A stretch of DNA of 64,000 nucleotides. It comes from Octopus vulgaris. Taxonomy: Eukaryota. The stretch spans positions 29,016,001-29,080,000 of the forward strand of contig OX597825.1 of assembly GCA_951406725.2 (NCBI GenBank), in the 5' to 3' direction. Position numbers and translations under genes: made by a program. Shown piece by piece: positions 27,790 to 41,215 of this stretch; positions within the stretch are counted from its first letter, which is position 1; every line of letters begins with the position of its first letter. The notes under the pieces were generated by a model, which made no database searches, was not told the DNA's origin, and was given only the letters and a program-made list of their open reading frames with translations.

Positions 27790-28545
27790 AGGCTCTCCGT
27801 TGTTACGATGAGGAGTATTCTAGTTGATCCAATCACTGGAACAGCCTGGTCATGAAATTAACGTGCAAGCGGCTGAGTACTCCACAGAACACACGTACTT
27901 TTAGCGTAGTCTCAGGGAGATTCAGCATGACACAGATTGTGACAAGGCTGGCCTTTTGACATATTGGTACTACTCACTTTAAGGCGGCGAGCTAGCAGAA
28001 GTGTTAGCACGTCGGGCGAAATGCTTAGCGGTATTTTGTCTGCCGTTACGTTCTGGGTTCAAATTCCGCCGAGGTCGACTTTGCCTTTCATCCTTTCGGG
28101 GTCGATTAAATAAGTACCAGTTACGCACTGGGGTCGATATAATCGACTTAACCCGTTTATCTGTCCTTGTTTGTCCCCTCTATGTTTAGCCCCTTGTGGG
28201 TAATAAAGAAATAGGTATTTCGTCTGCCGCTACGTTCTGAGTTCAAATTCTGCCGGGGTCGACTTTACCTTTCATCCTTTCGGGGTCGATAAATTAAGTA
28301 CCAGTTACGCACTGGAGTCGATATAATCGACTTAACCCGTTTGTCTGTCCTTGTTTGTCCTCTCTGTGTTTAGCCCCTTGTGGGTAGTAAAGAAATAGGT
28401 ACTACTCACTTTCGCCAGCTGAGTAGACTGGAGCAATGTGAAATAAAGTGTCTTATTCAAGTACATAACGCGTTGCCTGGTATCGAACTCAAGACATTAC
28501 AATCCTGAGCCGAATATTCTATCCACGAAGCTACACGCTTACACT
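27790..28545 (-). mobile_element. Family-A-related SINE interrupted by a family C insertion
   Basis: Homologous to 23148-23418, split at 27980/28398. Confidence 0.75.
27981..28397 (+). mobile_element. SINE family C, young, double-body form with 15-bp TSD
   Basis: TSD GGTACTACTCACTTT at 27966-27980 and 28398-28412; body and tail repeated twice. Confidence 0.92.
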
Positions 28546-29296
28546 CCTTTCTTTTCACGGTGGGAGTGTCAACACGTTTCGAATTATACTAATTCACTGC
28601 TTGTGCAGCTGCAAATAGTTTCTAAGAAAAAGAAATTAGAACTGAAAGGAAATAAAAATTGCTTAAAGACCATTACGCATGTGCATGTAACACACACTTT
28701 ACCAGGCAGACAAATGGGTATTATTATTTCCAACCGAGTGAGTTTTCATTACGTACAAAGCATCATCTAATTTGACGTAAAGCACAAGCAATTAAGAATT
28801 TGTCTTCCACGTTTGTTTCTAGATAAATATTATAAAGTCTGAGCTATTCCCTGAATTCTTTCTAAGCAATGAACTGTAATATCCACCTTTTGCAACGAAT
28901 ACTTTACGTTTTAATCTTTTTGTTTTTGTTTTTTACTTCCTTCCTCGTGGCTGTAACGTATCACTATGAATTAAAAAGGCAGTATCTTCCATTTTACTTT
29001 CAAAATAGATATTGCTTACCCATTATTTGGACTCTACTTGACATTTTATGGGTTGTGGTGGCTGTCTAATCTATTGGAATCGACGCTTGTAAATTATAGG
29101 TATATTATCGTCTTCCTACATACAAGCACACACACACACATACATACATACATACACACGTACACACTTATAGGAATTTAGAAACTTCGAGAGACATGGA
29201 ATAAATCGTTTTGAGCGGTGGAACTCGAAGTAAATAACGCTTTAAATAATAGCATGTAAATATTGGGCTTAAAAGCCCATGAGTGGAAAAAGTGGG

Positions 29297-29370
29297 AGAC
29301 TGCGCAAGGGATTGAAACCCACAACTTCTGTAAACGTGACAGACGTTCTACCGTTGTACCAAAGCAATCC
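29297..29370 (-). pseudogene. tRNA-like sequence (pseudogene or SINE head)
   Basis: GATTGC..TGGTACAACGGTAGAAC, stem TCTGT(CACGTTT)ACAGA, GGGTTTCAATCCC, GCAGTC, followed by TTTTT. Confidence 0.5.
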
Positions 29371-30150
29371 TTCAAATTTCTCTTTCCATTTTAGAAGCTT
29401 TGTTACTACCAACAAGCACTGTGTTTCAGTCATTGGACTGCGGCCACACTGGGGCATTATCTTGAAGGGGTTGAGTCAAACACATCGACCCCATTGCTTA
29501 CTTCTATGACTGGTACTTATTCCATTGGTATCTTCTGTTACCATTTGTGAATTAATATTTCAGTGACAGAGGTACATGTCATATATTAAACCGTGGACTA
29601 TTCTATATGAATCATGTATGATGCTGCAGCATACATAAGGTGTTCTAAATTTTCATGTCTGTACGTATGTGTGTATGTATATATAACAGTTTTTTTCTTT
29701 TGGATTTATTTATATCCCTTTACAGAATTAAAGTTGGTTACCCGCAAAATCAAGGATGTCTTAGGGTTTTGCTATCTCAATTAATTGATGTGTACATAGA
29801 TCAGTATCTACATGTGTGTATGCGTGGATAAGCTTGCTCTTATTTAAAATATGCGCGCACGTGTTTACGTGTGTGAAAGAAAGAGAGAGAGAGAGAACCT
29901 ATGTCTACATGAGATCGTGGACCGAAGCAACGCACGATGAAGGACAAACTCATGTACAAACCGCGCTGCTCTTTTCGGAGATTGGTCCACACGACATGAC
30001 AATCGTTAGCCAAATACCCTAAACATCATGACTCACCACAGACTAAGCTTTTTAGAATTTAGTTCTGTTTCCCTTAGTTCTGTCTGCAAATCACTTGAGG
30101 TTGAATTTAGTCATTCTTCTGGGATCGATAAAATATTTACCAGTAATATA

Positions 30151-30568
30151 TATTTCTTTATTACCCACTAGGAACTAAACATAGAGGGAACAAACAAGGA
30201 CAGACAAAGGGATGAAGTCGATTACATCGACCCCAGTGCGTAACTGGTACTTTATTTATCGACTCCGAAATGATGGAAGGCAAACTCGACCTCGGCGGAA
30301 TTTGAACTCAGAACGTAACAGCAGACGAAATACCTATTTCATTACTACCCACAAGGGGCTAAACACAGAGAGGACAAATAAGGACAGACAGACGGATTAA
30401 GTCGATTATATCGACCCCAGTGCGTAACTGGTACTTATTTAATCGACTCCGAAAGGATGAAAGGCAAAGTCGACCTCGGTGGAATTTGAACTCAGAACGT
30501 AACGGCAGACGAAATAGCGCAAAGCATTTCACCCGGCGTGCTAACATTTCTGCCAGCTCGCCACTTTC
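30151..30568 (-). mobile_element. SINE family C, double-body form with 16-bp TSD, inside an older opposite-strand copy
   Basis: TSD ATTTACCAGTAATATA at 30135-30150 and 30569-30584. Confidence 0.9.
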
Positions 30569-31131
30569 ATTTACCAGTAATATACTGTGAATCAGCTATA
30601 ATCGACTTTATTCTTTCTCTTTATAATAACTGCGGCTTTGTGTCTCAGTGAGAAATCATTATTATAATACAAATTATAATTAGAAGTAATGAAGAATAAT
30701 TGCAAATTAATATTAAAAATACATAAAGAACAATGACTGTTTCCTTTCAATGATGTATTCAATCAATTACGTGATTTCAAACTAAAATTTAAACAGCAGA
30801 CAAAAAAAAAAGAAAAAAAAAGAAACGAAAAAAGAAAAAGAAACTAAGGAAAGCTCGAGGTCCGATGAAGCTAGCGAGGGACTGTATCGGCAAAAAATGA
30901 AAGAAAGAAAAAACAAACCCTGAGCTGTTAATGTAATTTTGAATTTAAAATTTAAACGAGTTACGTTTGATGTGCACCCTTTCTCATTCTGTTATATAAT
31001 CAGAAAATATTTGACTCAATATTAACCAAAACGTTTGAGAATAATAATAAAGCGATTATTTTCTATCCCGACCCAAACCGCTCCCTCTCTCTCTCTCTCT
31101 TTCTTTCTCCATAAGTGTGCGTACGCATGCA

Positions 31132-31188
<57 letters not shown>

Positions 31189-31302
31189 CTGGTGGTTAAA
31201 ATTTGAATGTATTCAGCTCTGCTGACTCGGAGGAAATAACCAGCATGAGGAAGCCGTGTTGTTACTATCTTCGAGAGTACTTCTGTTATATGATGTTAAA
31301 TG

Positions 31303-31737
31303 GGATCTTTTCGGTTTGAACGGCAGTTTTTTCTAGCGGTGTCATATGAAATTGTCACCTATAATTATGACCCTAGTATCGATCTATTGCATTTCAATCT
31401 GTTTTAGGGTTAGGGCTAGTTAGGGTTAGGATTAGGGGTGGAGGGAAGGGTATCTTTTTTTTCTTCAGAAATGCAAATAAACCCAATCTGTTTCTTAAAC
31501 GAGGAACATATTCATACGGCACAGAATGTTTTCACCTCAATAGACGTCATTGATTGGTTAGAAATGCAGAAATTGAAGAAAAAAAAACAACAAATATCTT
31601 ACAAACCATAGAATTTTCTCAATAAAGCCAAGAGAAAAAGATGTTTTATAAACACATTCTACCAGTATACGAAGTTTAAAAGTGTTTAGTTACGAGGAAA
31701 TTATTTTAAAAAACTGCCGTTCAAACCGAAAAGATCC
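31303..31737. mobile_element. MITE with ~30-bp TIRs and internal TTAGGG-like repeats
   Basis: GGATCTTTTCGGTTTGAACGGCAGTTTTTT ... AAAAAACTGCCGTTCAAACCGAAAAGATCC. Confidence 0.9.
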
Positions 31738-32169
31738 TATGATGTTGTGAAATGATATCCTCCGAGTCGCCGTTGTGGCTGTTGTTGCTGTTGTCGCCGT
31801 CGTCGTCATCGTTGCTATCGTTGTTGTTCCGTACCACATAACTCAGAAGTCAGGAAGACCTATGATCCAAAGCAATCCAACCGACTGTAACAAGAAATAA
31901 CGCTGATAGTTAGAGGTTGTGTACGGTAATCTAACAGGAAAAGAGTGTCGTAATTTGATACAACACATCGTCATCAGATGCTACTTGCAAGAAAAGCCCA
32001 GAATAATATTCCAACGGGAAGATTAAAGGGAATGGGGGAAAGGTACCGAAATTAAATTCTATTTCAGAAAGGATGAACCAAGAATAAAAGGTAATACGAA
32101 CAATAAAAACCATAATAACTATTCGGTAATAGCTAAAAATTCTTTCTAATTTTAGCAAAAGATTTTCAG

Positions 32170-32780
32170 TTTGCTCAACTAGTACTTTATCGACCTTGAA
32201 AGGATAAAAGGTAAAATCGAACTCCGAGGCATTTGCACTCACCGCGTAAAGAACAGGGGAAAATGCCTCTGAAAATTTCTGGTGTGGTAAGGATCCTGTC
32301 AGCTCACCTTAAAAATCATAATATTTTTTTCTTTTTCTGTCATGGGCACAGGACCTTAAATTTTGGGGGACGGGGCTGGTCGATTATAGTGACCGCTGTG
32401 CTCAACTGGTACTTATTTTATCGACCCCGAAATGATGAAAGGTATAGTCGACTACAGTAGAATTTGAGCTTAGAACGTAAAAACGGATGAAATGTCGCTA
32501 TACTTTTACTCTGGTAGGCTAACGGTTCGGCCAGTTCGCCGCCTTAATGATATTAATAATAATCCTTTCTTTATAGGAACAAGGCTTGAAATTTTGTGGG
32601 GGGAGGGGCTATTTGACTACATCGAACCCAGTGCGTAACTGATTCTTATTTTATCGACCTCGAAAGGATGAACGACCAAGTCGACTACAGCGGAATTTGA
32701 ACTTAGAAAGTAAAGATGAACGAAATGCCGGTTATCCTTTTGTTCGGCGTGCTAACGAGTCAACCAGCTCACTACCTTAA
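32170..32780 (-). mobile_element. Three tandem SINE family C copies
   Basis: Heads end near 32310, 32546 and 32779; each has ATCGACC..GAAA..ATGAA domain. Confidence 0.8.
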
Positions 32781-33500
32781 ACACTTATAATAATAAAAAT
32801 GTGAATAGATAAATGAATAATTTTTTTATGAATTGCTCATTTGAATTTCTAAGCTTACTGCTTCAATATTTGATACGGTAAGAAAAGGATAGTGGTTATG
32901 ACCCTTTATTGAACTTTGGTGAATTTGGCTTCAATGCATGCAACAGAGAAGAATCCTTTACAATAGAAATCTAAGAATCGGTTGGTGATCTTAAACTGGG
33001 CTACAGATAAAGTGTATAACTCGAGTAGGCCATAGTAGGATTTTAACTTAGAAGAGATGCCGCAAAGTATTTCGTGCGACGCGTTAACGATTGAATTAAA
33101 AAGCCTTAAACAGACATAAGAGAAAATCACTTAAATGAAAAAAATATGAGTAAAAATTTAAAAAATGAAAAATACAAACTCACTCACCACCAACCCACCG
33201 ACTAACCATAAAACAAATTAATAACACCCTATCAGTTGCACATGTCAGAATTGCATACACAACACCACGGAAATAATGCAACCAATGATAAACCAATTAA
33301 AAAACTCAAGCACTAACACTACACAAACTGATTATATATACACTACCAATACCAAGTTCTAACAGTTTCGCCTGAAGATTGTAGTATCTGGAACGTCAAG
33401 TGACGCGCCAAACACTCAGCTTCATTTTCAATGAAAATAGACTTCCTCTCCTTCTCTCTCCACACACACACACACCACACACACTCATATATACATACAC

Positions 33501-33634
<134 letters not shown>

Positions 33635-33884
33635 GTGTATATATATGTATATTATATACGTGTATGTATGTATGTGTGTATTATATATACATAGGAGCAG
33701 AGAGAAAGAGAGAGTAAGTTTCGCCTGACAGTTTATTTAACCAGTATTGAGTAAGCTGTCAGACGAAACTTAAAACTCAGTCAAAACGAATTATATGATG
33801 CATTCTCTCTCTCTCTCTCTCTCTCTTTCTCGTTCACACACACACACGCATGCACTCAAACACACACACACACATATCTATCTA

Positions 33885-33926
<42 letters not shown>

Positions 33927-34609
33927 TAGTGAGACAAAATTCTTAAAAACGCAAACATGCCTGAAAGAGTTAGCTGCCATTTCTTGCCTACTGGTGAACC
34001 ATATAGAGGAGCAATAATCGGCTCGATTCCATTTAGTATTTCGCGTGACCGGTTTTATTTTTCGTGTAATAATTTGCAACTCGCACTGCATATGACATGT
34101 TGAATAAACGTAGGACAATGATCTTAAAATATAAATAACCAAACAGAAATACAAATTATGCTAAAACAAACAGATTTATTAATATTTTGTATCGTTAGCT
34201 TGTCATAAATGTTAAAAAAATTTTAAACAATATAGGACTTCCTAACGTGAGAAGCATCGAAGATATAGCAACGATAGTTTGGACTATTATTTAAAGCAAA
34301 CAAACGAAACAAAATCGGTGACACCAAGCAAGCTGCAACTTGTTGTTGCTGTTGTTGTTGCTGTCGTGTTCTTGCTGTTAGATTGTAGAAGAAGGCAAGG
34401 ATATGGTGGTTCTGTACAATAATCTGACAGGAAAAAGCGTGTCGCAATTTGATACAAAACAACGTCATACGCAGCTTGCAAGAAGAAAAAAAAAAGCCCA
34501 GAATAATATTCCAACGAGATGAGTAAGAAGATAGGGGAATAGATGCCGAAACAAAATTTTCTATTTTAGCAAGAATGAAATAAGACTAAATAATAATAAT
34601 AATAATAAT

Positions 34610-34671
<62 letters not shown>

Positions 34672-35080
34672 GATAAATAAAAAATATATAAATATCTAAA
34701 TAAATATGCATGAAATCTCGAATGACAGTCACCGGAAACAGATGCAAAATCGAACTTTCGCAACATGTCAGCGACCCAGTGCGCTTGTTTGTTGTTTTCC
34801 GGCAGTATTTTTAGAAGCTGTCTGAAAGATCGACAAAACAGCAGATTTGGCGTAGAAATGTGGGCTGATGGAACCGGAGAACAAAGGAGTAAAGGTTAGG
34901 GAGAGATTATGTGGAAATGCGAGCGAATACACACACACACACATACACACATACACATTACACGAATAGCAGATTAATTTCATGCATATATATATATACA
35001 TGCCTACACATATGCCGTTGTGTGTGCATTTATGCAAAAAGTGCACATAATACACACACATATATGTAGATAAGTACGTA

Positions 35081-35131
<51 letters not shown>

Positions 35132-35149
35132 GTACTCACACACACATAT

Positions 35150-35305
35150 GGCATTGGTTGTGTGGTACGAAGTTTGCATTCCAACCACATGGTTCTGAGT
35201 TCAGATCCACTGCATGGTCCCTTGCGCAAGTGTCTTCTACTATAGCCTCGGGCCAAAAAGGCCTCGTGCGTGGTTTTGGTAATCGGAAACCGAAAGAAGC
35301 CCGTC

Positions 35306-35367
<62 letters not shown>

Positions 35368-35560
35368 ATTATGTATTTGTGTGTCCGTGTTTGTCCCCCA
35401 CCATTGCTTCAAAATCGGTGTTGGTGTGTTTACGTCCCCGTAACTTAGCGGTTCGGCAAAAGGTAACGATACAAAGAATAAGTCCTTTGGTTGATTTGTT
35501 CGACTGAAGGCAGTGCTCCAGCATGGCCGCAGTCAAATGGCAGAAGCAAGTAACAGAATA
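35150..35560 (+). mobile_element. SINE family B
   Basis: CAACCACATGGTTCTGAGTTCAG..CAAGTGTCTTCTACTATAGCCTCGGGCC and tail TGCTCCAGCATGGCCGCAGTC. Confidence 0.85.
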
Positions 35561-35702
35561 ATCAAAGAATACATATGTATATACACACACACATATATAT
35601 ATATACTCATGAATATATATTCATGCGTATATATGTATTTAGATACTCATATAGAAATATATACATATGCATAATGAATATAATATATATACGTATAATG
35701 TA

Positions 35703-35775
<73 letters not shown>

Positions 35776-35974
35776 TTATTTATAAATATATATATACATA
35801 ATGTATATAATATGTATATATATTATATGCATTATATATATAATATACATTATGCGTATATATATATATGTATATATATAAATAATGAGGGAGATAAATT
35901 AATATTAATTTTAATATCAATTTAAAACCAGTAGTCCAGCATTCAAAAATCTGAGAAGTCAGAGAAAATTCTAA

Positions 35975-36335
<361 letters not shown>

Positions 36336-37048
36336 ATATTTAATTAAGATTTAGTGCGGCACCAAACCAGTTCGGTATAGTCCGCACAATTCGATTTTAG
36401 GGGAATAAAAAGCAAATAAGTAACAAAGATGTCCAGGTATAAATGCATTACAGACGTTTCAAGCGGCTCCATTTAATCGATCAATGAAAACATAACATCA
36501 GTTTGAAAGAAACCGCTCTCCTCAGACGCAGACGACCATATAGATTTCCAATATAAAGTATAAGCCATTTTGTTTTAGCACAATTTATAACATTATTAGA
36601 AACCAAAATAATTATATTGTTTCCTTGGCTATGTTTATGACAAGATGACTTTAGGGGAAAATGTATATCTAAGAGCTGCTATATTTTTGAGAGTATCAGA
36701 AGAAAATAGTGGGAGTCAAGAAAAAAGGAACGGTAAGATAGTTAATTTAGATTTCATTTTTATTTTATTTATAAGATTTTATGCAGCATATTGTCTACAA
36801 CCCCTTATAGTTAAATCCATTGAGAGTTGACGGTTAAGTTCCGGTTACTGGGACCGTATATCTAGGTTTAACTGCATAAAAAGATATATCTCAGAGCCGC
36901 TAGTAAGCGGATGACAGATGGAGGAGAGGTGATAATTATAAGGAAGGATGGGGGTGGCTAATACTTATTTAGATTGTCAAATAAAAGGAGAGTAAAGTGG
37001 AAAACAAAAGAGATCAAAATAAATTCTAATAAATACATAATGTATAAC

Positions 37049-37081
<33 letters not shown>

Positions 37082-37104
37082 TGCAAAATGTATATAATAT
37101 ATAT

Positions 37105-37188
<84 letters not shown>

Positions 37189-37429
37189 GTTTTTGTATAT
37201 AAAAACAATTTAGTATTATGCTGGAGGAACACTCAATACTTTTTAGTAGAGTATATATAAAATCGACATTGATGACTACGAAGTTTCGGCTTACTAGCAT
37301 CATCAGACAGTGCTTTCCTTGTTCAATAGAAAGAATGGCTTTACATTATTATTCAACCCACAGTGAGGCTTAAAGCATTAGAATATATAATATATATTAC
37401 TCTGTAAGTTGCGTGGTTTCATGATAAAG

Positions 37430-37795
37430 ATGTACTAATACTTACATTATCATCTCCGAAAGAATGAAAAGCAAAGTCAATTTTGGCGGCAACTGAACTC
37501 AGAACGTAAAGAGCCGAAAGAAATGCCGTTAAGAATGTTGTCCGGCGCGGTGATGATTCTGACATCTTGACCCTTTCATAATAATTGTAATAGATGTTTC
37601 AAATTCTTGCACAAGACTAACAATTTCGGGTGACGGAATAAGTCGATTACATCGACCCTTAGTGTTCTGCTTGTACTGAATTTATCGACCCGAGAGGATG
37701 AAAGGCAAAGTTGATCTCGGTGGAATTTGAACTCAGAACATAAAGATGGGCGAAATGCCGCAAAGCGTGCTAACGATTCTGCCAGCTCGCCGCCA
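37430..37795 (-). mobile_element. Two tandem SINE family C copies
   Basis: GAACTCAGAAC and GCTAACGATTCTGCCAGCTCGCCGCC reverse-complement motifs. Confidence 0.8.
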
Positions 37796-38181
37796 AAACA
37801 ACAAATACACACACAACAAACACATACACAACAAACACACACACACACACACATATATAGGGAACAATCTTTCTTTTTCTCTATCTTTCTTTGTCTCTTT
37901 TTCTTTCGTTTTCTTTCTCTTTTTCTTTCTTTCTTTTCTTCTTCCTTCCTCTCGTCAATCTAGAAGAATCTAAACAAAAATTTTATCAAATTAAAGATCA
38001 TGGCCACTCACCGCTCTTCCTTCCCACCCGACTACGCTAGAGATAAAGAAACAAAACAAACAAAAAATAACAACAACAATAACAAAAATAAAGCCAAATA
38101 AACAAAAGCGAGATAATAGCGAAACCAATTCCGGCGTTCAGCCCTGCTTTGGCATTTGGCAGAGTGACGTAATTTATTGCA

Positions 38182-38255
38182 TTCTTTGGTCGAGAATCGA
38201 ACCGGAACTGTCTGCATACCAGACAGAACATTCCACCACTAAAAAACATCGATGA
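38182..38255 (-). pseudogene. tRNA-Gly(GCC)-derived pseudogene
   Basis: Minus strand tCATCGaTG..TAGTGGTgGAATG.TC...GGTTCGATTCtCGaCC aligns with invertebrate tRNA-Gly GCATCGGTGGTTCAGTGGTAGAATGCTCGCC..GGTTCGATTCCCGGCCG; anticodon mutated. Confidence 0.65.
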
Positions 38256-38259
38256 ATGT

Positions 38260-38291
<32 letters not shown>

Positions 38292-38418
38292 CTTCTACCA
38301 TAGTTATTATTGCGCCAGCAATGATTGGCATTGCTGGCATCGTTACTCCTTCTGCTGTTTTCGTTTGTTTATGTTGTTGTTGTTGTTGTTGTAGCTGTTG
38401 TAGTTGCTGTTTTGTAGC

Positions 38419-38459
<41 letters not shown>

Positions 38460-38596
38460 TTACATTTACCACTGTCGTGGTCGTCATCGGAGCCATCGTC
38501 TTCGTTGTTTGAGCTGTTGTTGTTGTTATGGTTCCGTTGACGCAATCATTGCTGCTGTTGCTATAGAAGTACTTGTAATATTCAGTATTATTATTA

Positions 38597-38705
<109 letters not shown>

Positions 38706-38775
38706 TATTATTATTACCGTTATTATCATTATTATTACCATTATTATTATCATTTTATTACCATTATTATTATTA

Positions 38776-38827
<52 letters not shown>

Positions 38828-38905
38828 CATTATTATTACCATTATTATTGTTATAATAATTATTATTATTACCATTATTATTATTATTGTTATTATTATT
38901 ATTAC

Positions 38906-38950
<45 letters not shown>

Positions 38951-38957
38951 CATTATC

Positions 38958-38998
<41 letters not shown>

Positions 38999-39005
38999 CA
39001 TTATC

Positions 39006-39050
<45 letters not shown>

Positions 39051-39094
39051 GAGTGAGAGAGCAGTTCATGCCATCAAAGTGACACTTATTATTA

Positions 39095-39138
<44 letters not shown>

Positions 39139-39159
39139 GTTCTTCTTCTTCTTCTTCTT

Positions 39160-39190
<31 letters not shown>

Positions 39191-39216
39191 TTATTATTAT
39201 TATTATTATTATCATT

Positions 39217-39251
<35 letters not shown>

Positions 39252-39258
39252 TATCATT

Positions 39259-39302
<44 letters not shown>

Positions 39303-39313
39303 CATTATTATTA

Positions 39314-39363
<50 letters not shown>

Positions 39364-39372
39364 GTTCTTCTT

Positions 39373-39403
<31 letters not shown>

Positions 39404-39549
39404 TTATTATTATTATTATTATCGTTACTGTTCTGCTGTTTGTTATTGTGTTTTTTTTTTGTTTTTTTTTGTTGATGTTATTGTTACCGTTTTCGCCATT
39501 CTTGTTGTCGCTTTTATTGTTGTTGTTATTGTTGTCGTCGTCGTCGTCG

Positions 39550-39587
<38 letters not shown>

Positions 39588-40163
39588 GCTGTTGCTGTTG
39601 CTGTCGTTGTTGATTCATGTTTGTTGCTATCATATTACTTGTTGTTCATTGTTACTCCGGCAATAATTGATGTTTCTGTCAGTTCGCTCCTCATCTTTTT
39701 TTCCTTTTTCTTTCTTCTTATCATTTCATATATTTTTACTCTATCCTTCATGCTATTGTTGTTGTTGTTGTTGTTGTTGTTTTAAATGGTGGGTTTGATC
39801 GTGGAGAAAGAGATGGCGGTGGTGGTGGTGGTGGTGGTGTTCGTGGTATTGTTGTTGGTGCTGTTATTTTCATCGTTGTAGAACGGTATTTTTTTGGATG
39901 GTGGTGGCGGCGGCGGCGGCAGCGCTGGTGGTGGTGGTGGTGGTGGTGGTGGTGGTGGTGGTGGTGGTAGTGGTGGTGGTGGTGATGGTGATGGTGATGG
40001 TGCTTCTGGTGTTGTTGGTAGTGCTGCTACCTTTGTCGCCATCACGTTGTTAATGATGTTTCTCGCGTGATGGTAAAGCGATGATGATGATGATTATAGT
40101 GGTGGTGGAGGTGTTGATGATGACGTTGATAATAAGGATAGTGATGATGATGGATGATGATGG

Positions 40164-40218
<55 letters not shown>

Positions 40219-40529
40219 ATAGGTGGTGTTGTGAACAGAAGCAGTGGTGGTTTCGATAACGCTAATTCTTGTAGTGGTGACGGTAGTGGTGGTGGTTGTA
40301 GTGGTGGTGGTAGCGGTTCTTATGCTATTTCTCACAGATCGAACAACCACATGCAGGCTGCCCCTGGTGGGTGGTAGCATCTATTGTAGCGGTTGTGATT
40401 GTTATGTTGTTTTTGTTGTTGTTGTTGGCGGTGGTGACACTGGTGGTGGTGGCGGTGGTAGCGATAGTGGTAGTGTTATTGTCGTTCGTATTCCTGTTGT
40501 TGATATTGGTGTGGGTGGGCATGTCAGGT

Positions 40530-40785
40530 GGAGGCGCATTGCTTAGTGGGTAGGTATGTTGCATACGAGGTCGTAAGATTGGGGTTTCGATTCCTGGACT
40601 GGACGATGCATTGTGTTCTCGAGTAAAACACTTCATTTCACGTTGCTCCAGTCCGCTATGCCGGCAAAAGTGAGTAATCGTGTGAGAGACTAGCTCCCCA
40701 TCCAGGAGGGAGAATATAAGCGCCACAGAACCCAGGAAACCAGTCTTACGAGCCCATGGCTCGGGAAGGACCTTTGCACCCTTTT
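40530..40785 (+). mobile_element. SINE family A, diverged
   Basis: GGAGGCGCATTGCTTAGTGG..GGTTTCGATTCCTGGAC..GCCACAGAACCCAGGAAAC. Confidence 0.8.
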
Positions 40786-40989
40786 AAGTAAATCTTAGTG
40801 ATACCAGTGGTGGTGGTGGTGATGATAGTGGTAGAGTTCGTTGTGGTGGGATAGGCGCGATAGAGGCGCTGTTACTGTTATTGTACCTCCAGTGGTGGCG
40901 GCGGTGGTGATGGTGGCGAAAGTTTTGTTGTTATTGTTATTGCAGTTCTCGTTGCTGTTGTCCGTGGCTGTCGACATTGACGTTGGTGT

Positions 40990-41215
40990 GAAGGCACATG
41001 GCTTAGTGGTCCGGTGTGTTGCTCTCATGATTTTGAGATCGTGGCTTCAAATCCTTGACCATGCAACGCGTTGTGTCCTTTCCCGTTGCTCCAGTTTACT
41101 CAGATAGCAAAGTGAGTAAACCTGCGATGGACTGTCGTCCCATCCAGGTGAGTTATATACACCACAGAACCCAGGAAACCGGTCGTATGAACTCACGGCC
41201 CGAGGAGGACATTCT
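40990..41215 (+). mobile_element. SINE family A, diverged
   Basis: GAAGGCACATGGCTTAGTGG..CCACAGAACCCAGGAAACC. Confidence 0.75.

Noticed and set aside
31404-31440. True telomere or fusion site
   Set aside because: Short, degenerate and internal to a TIR element.
38887-40380. Poly-Leu/Ile, poly-Pro and poly-Asp ORFs
   Set aside because: Trinucleotide arrays with no splice, codon or domain evidence.
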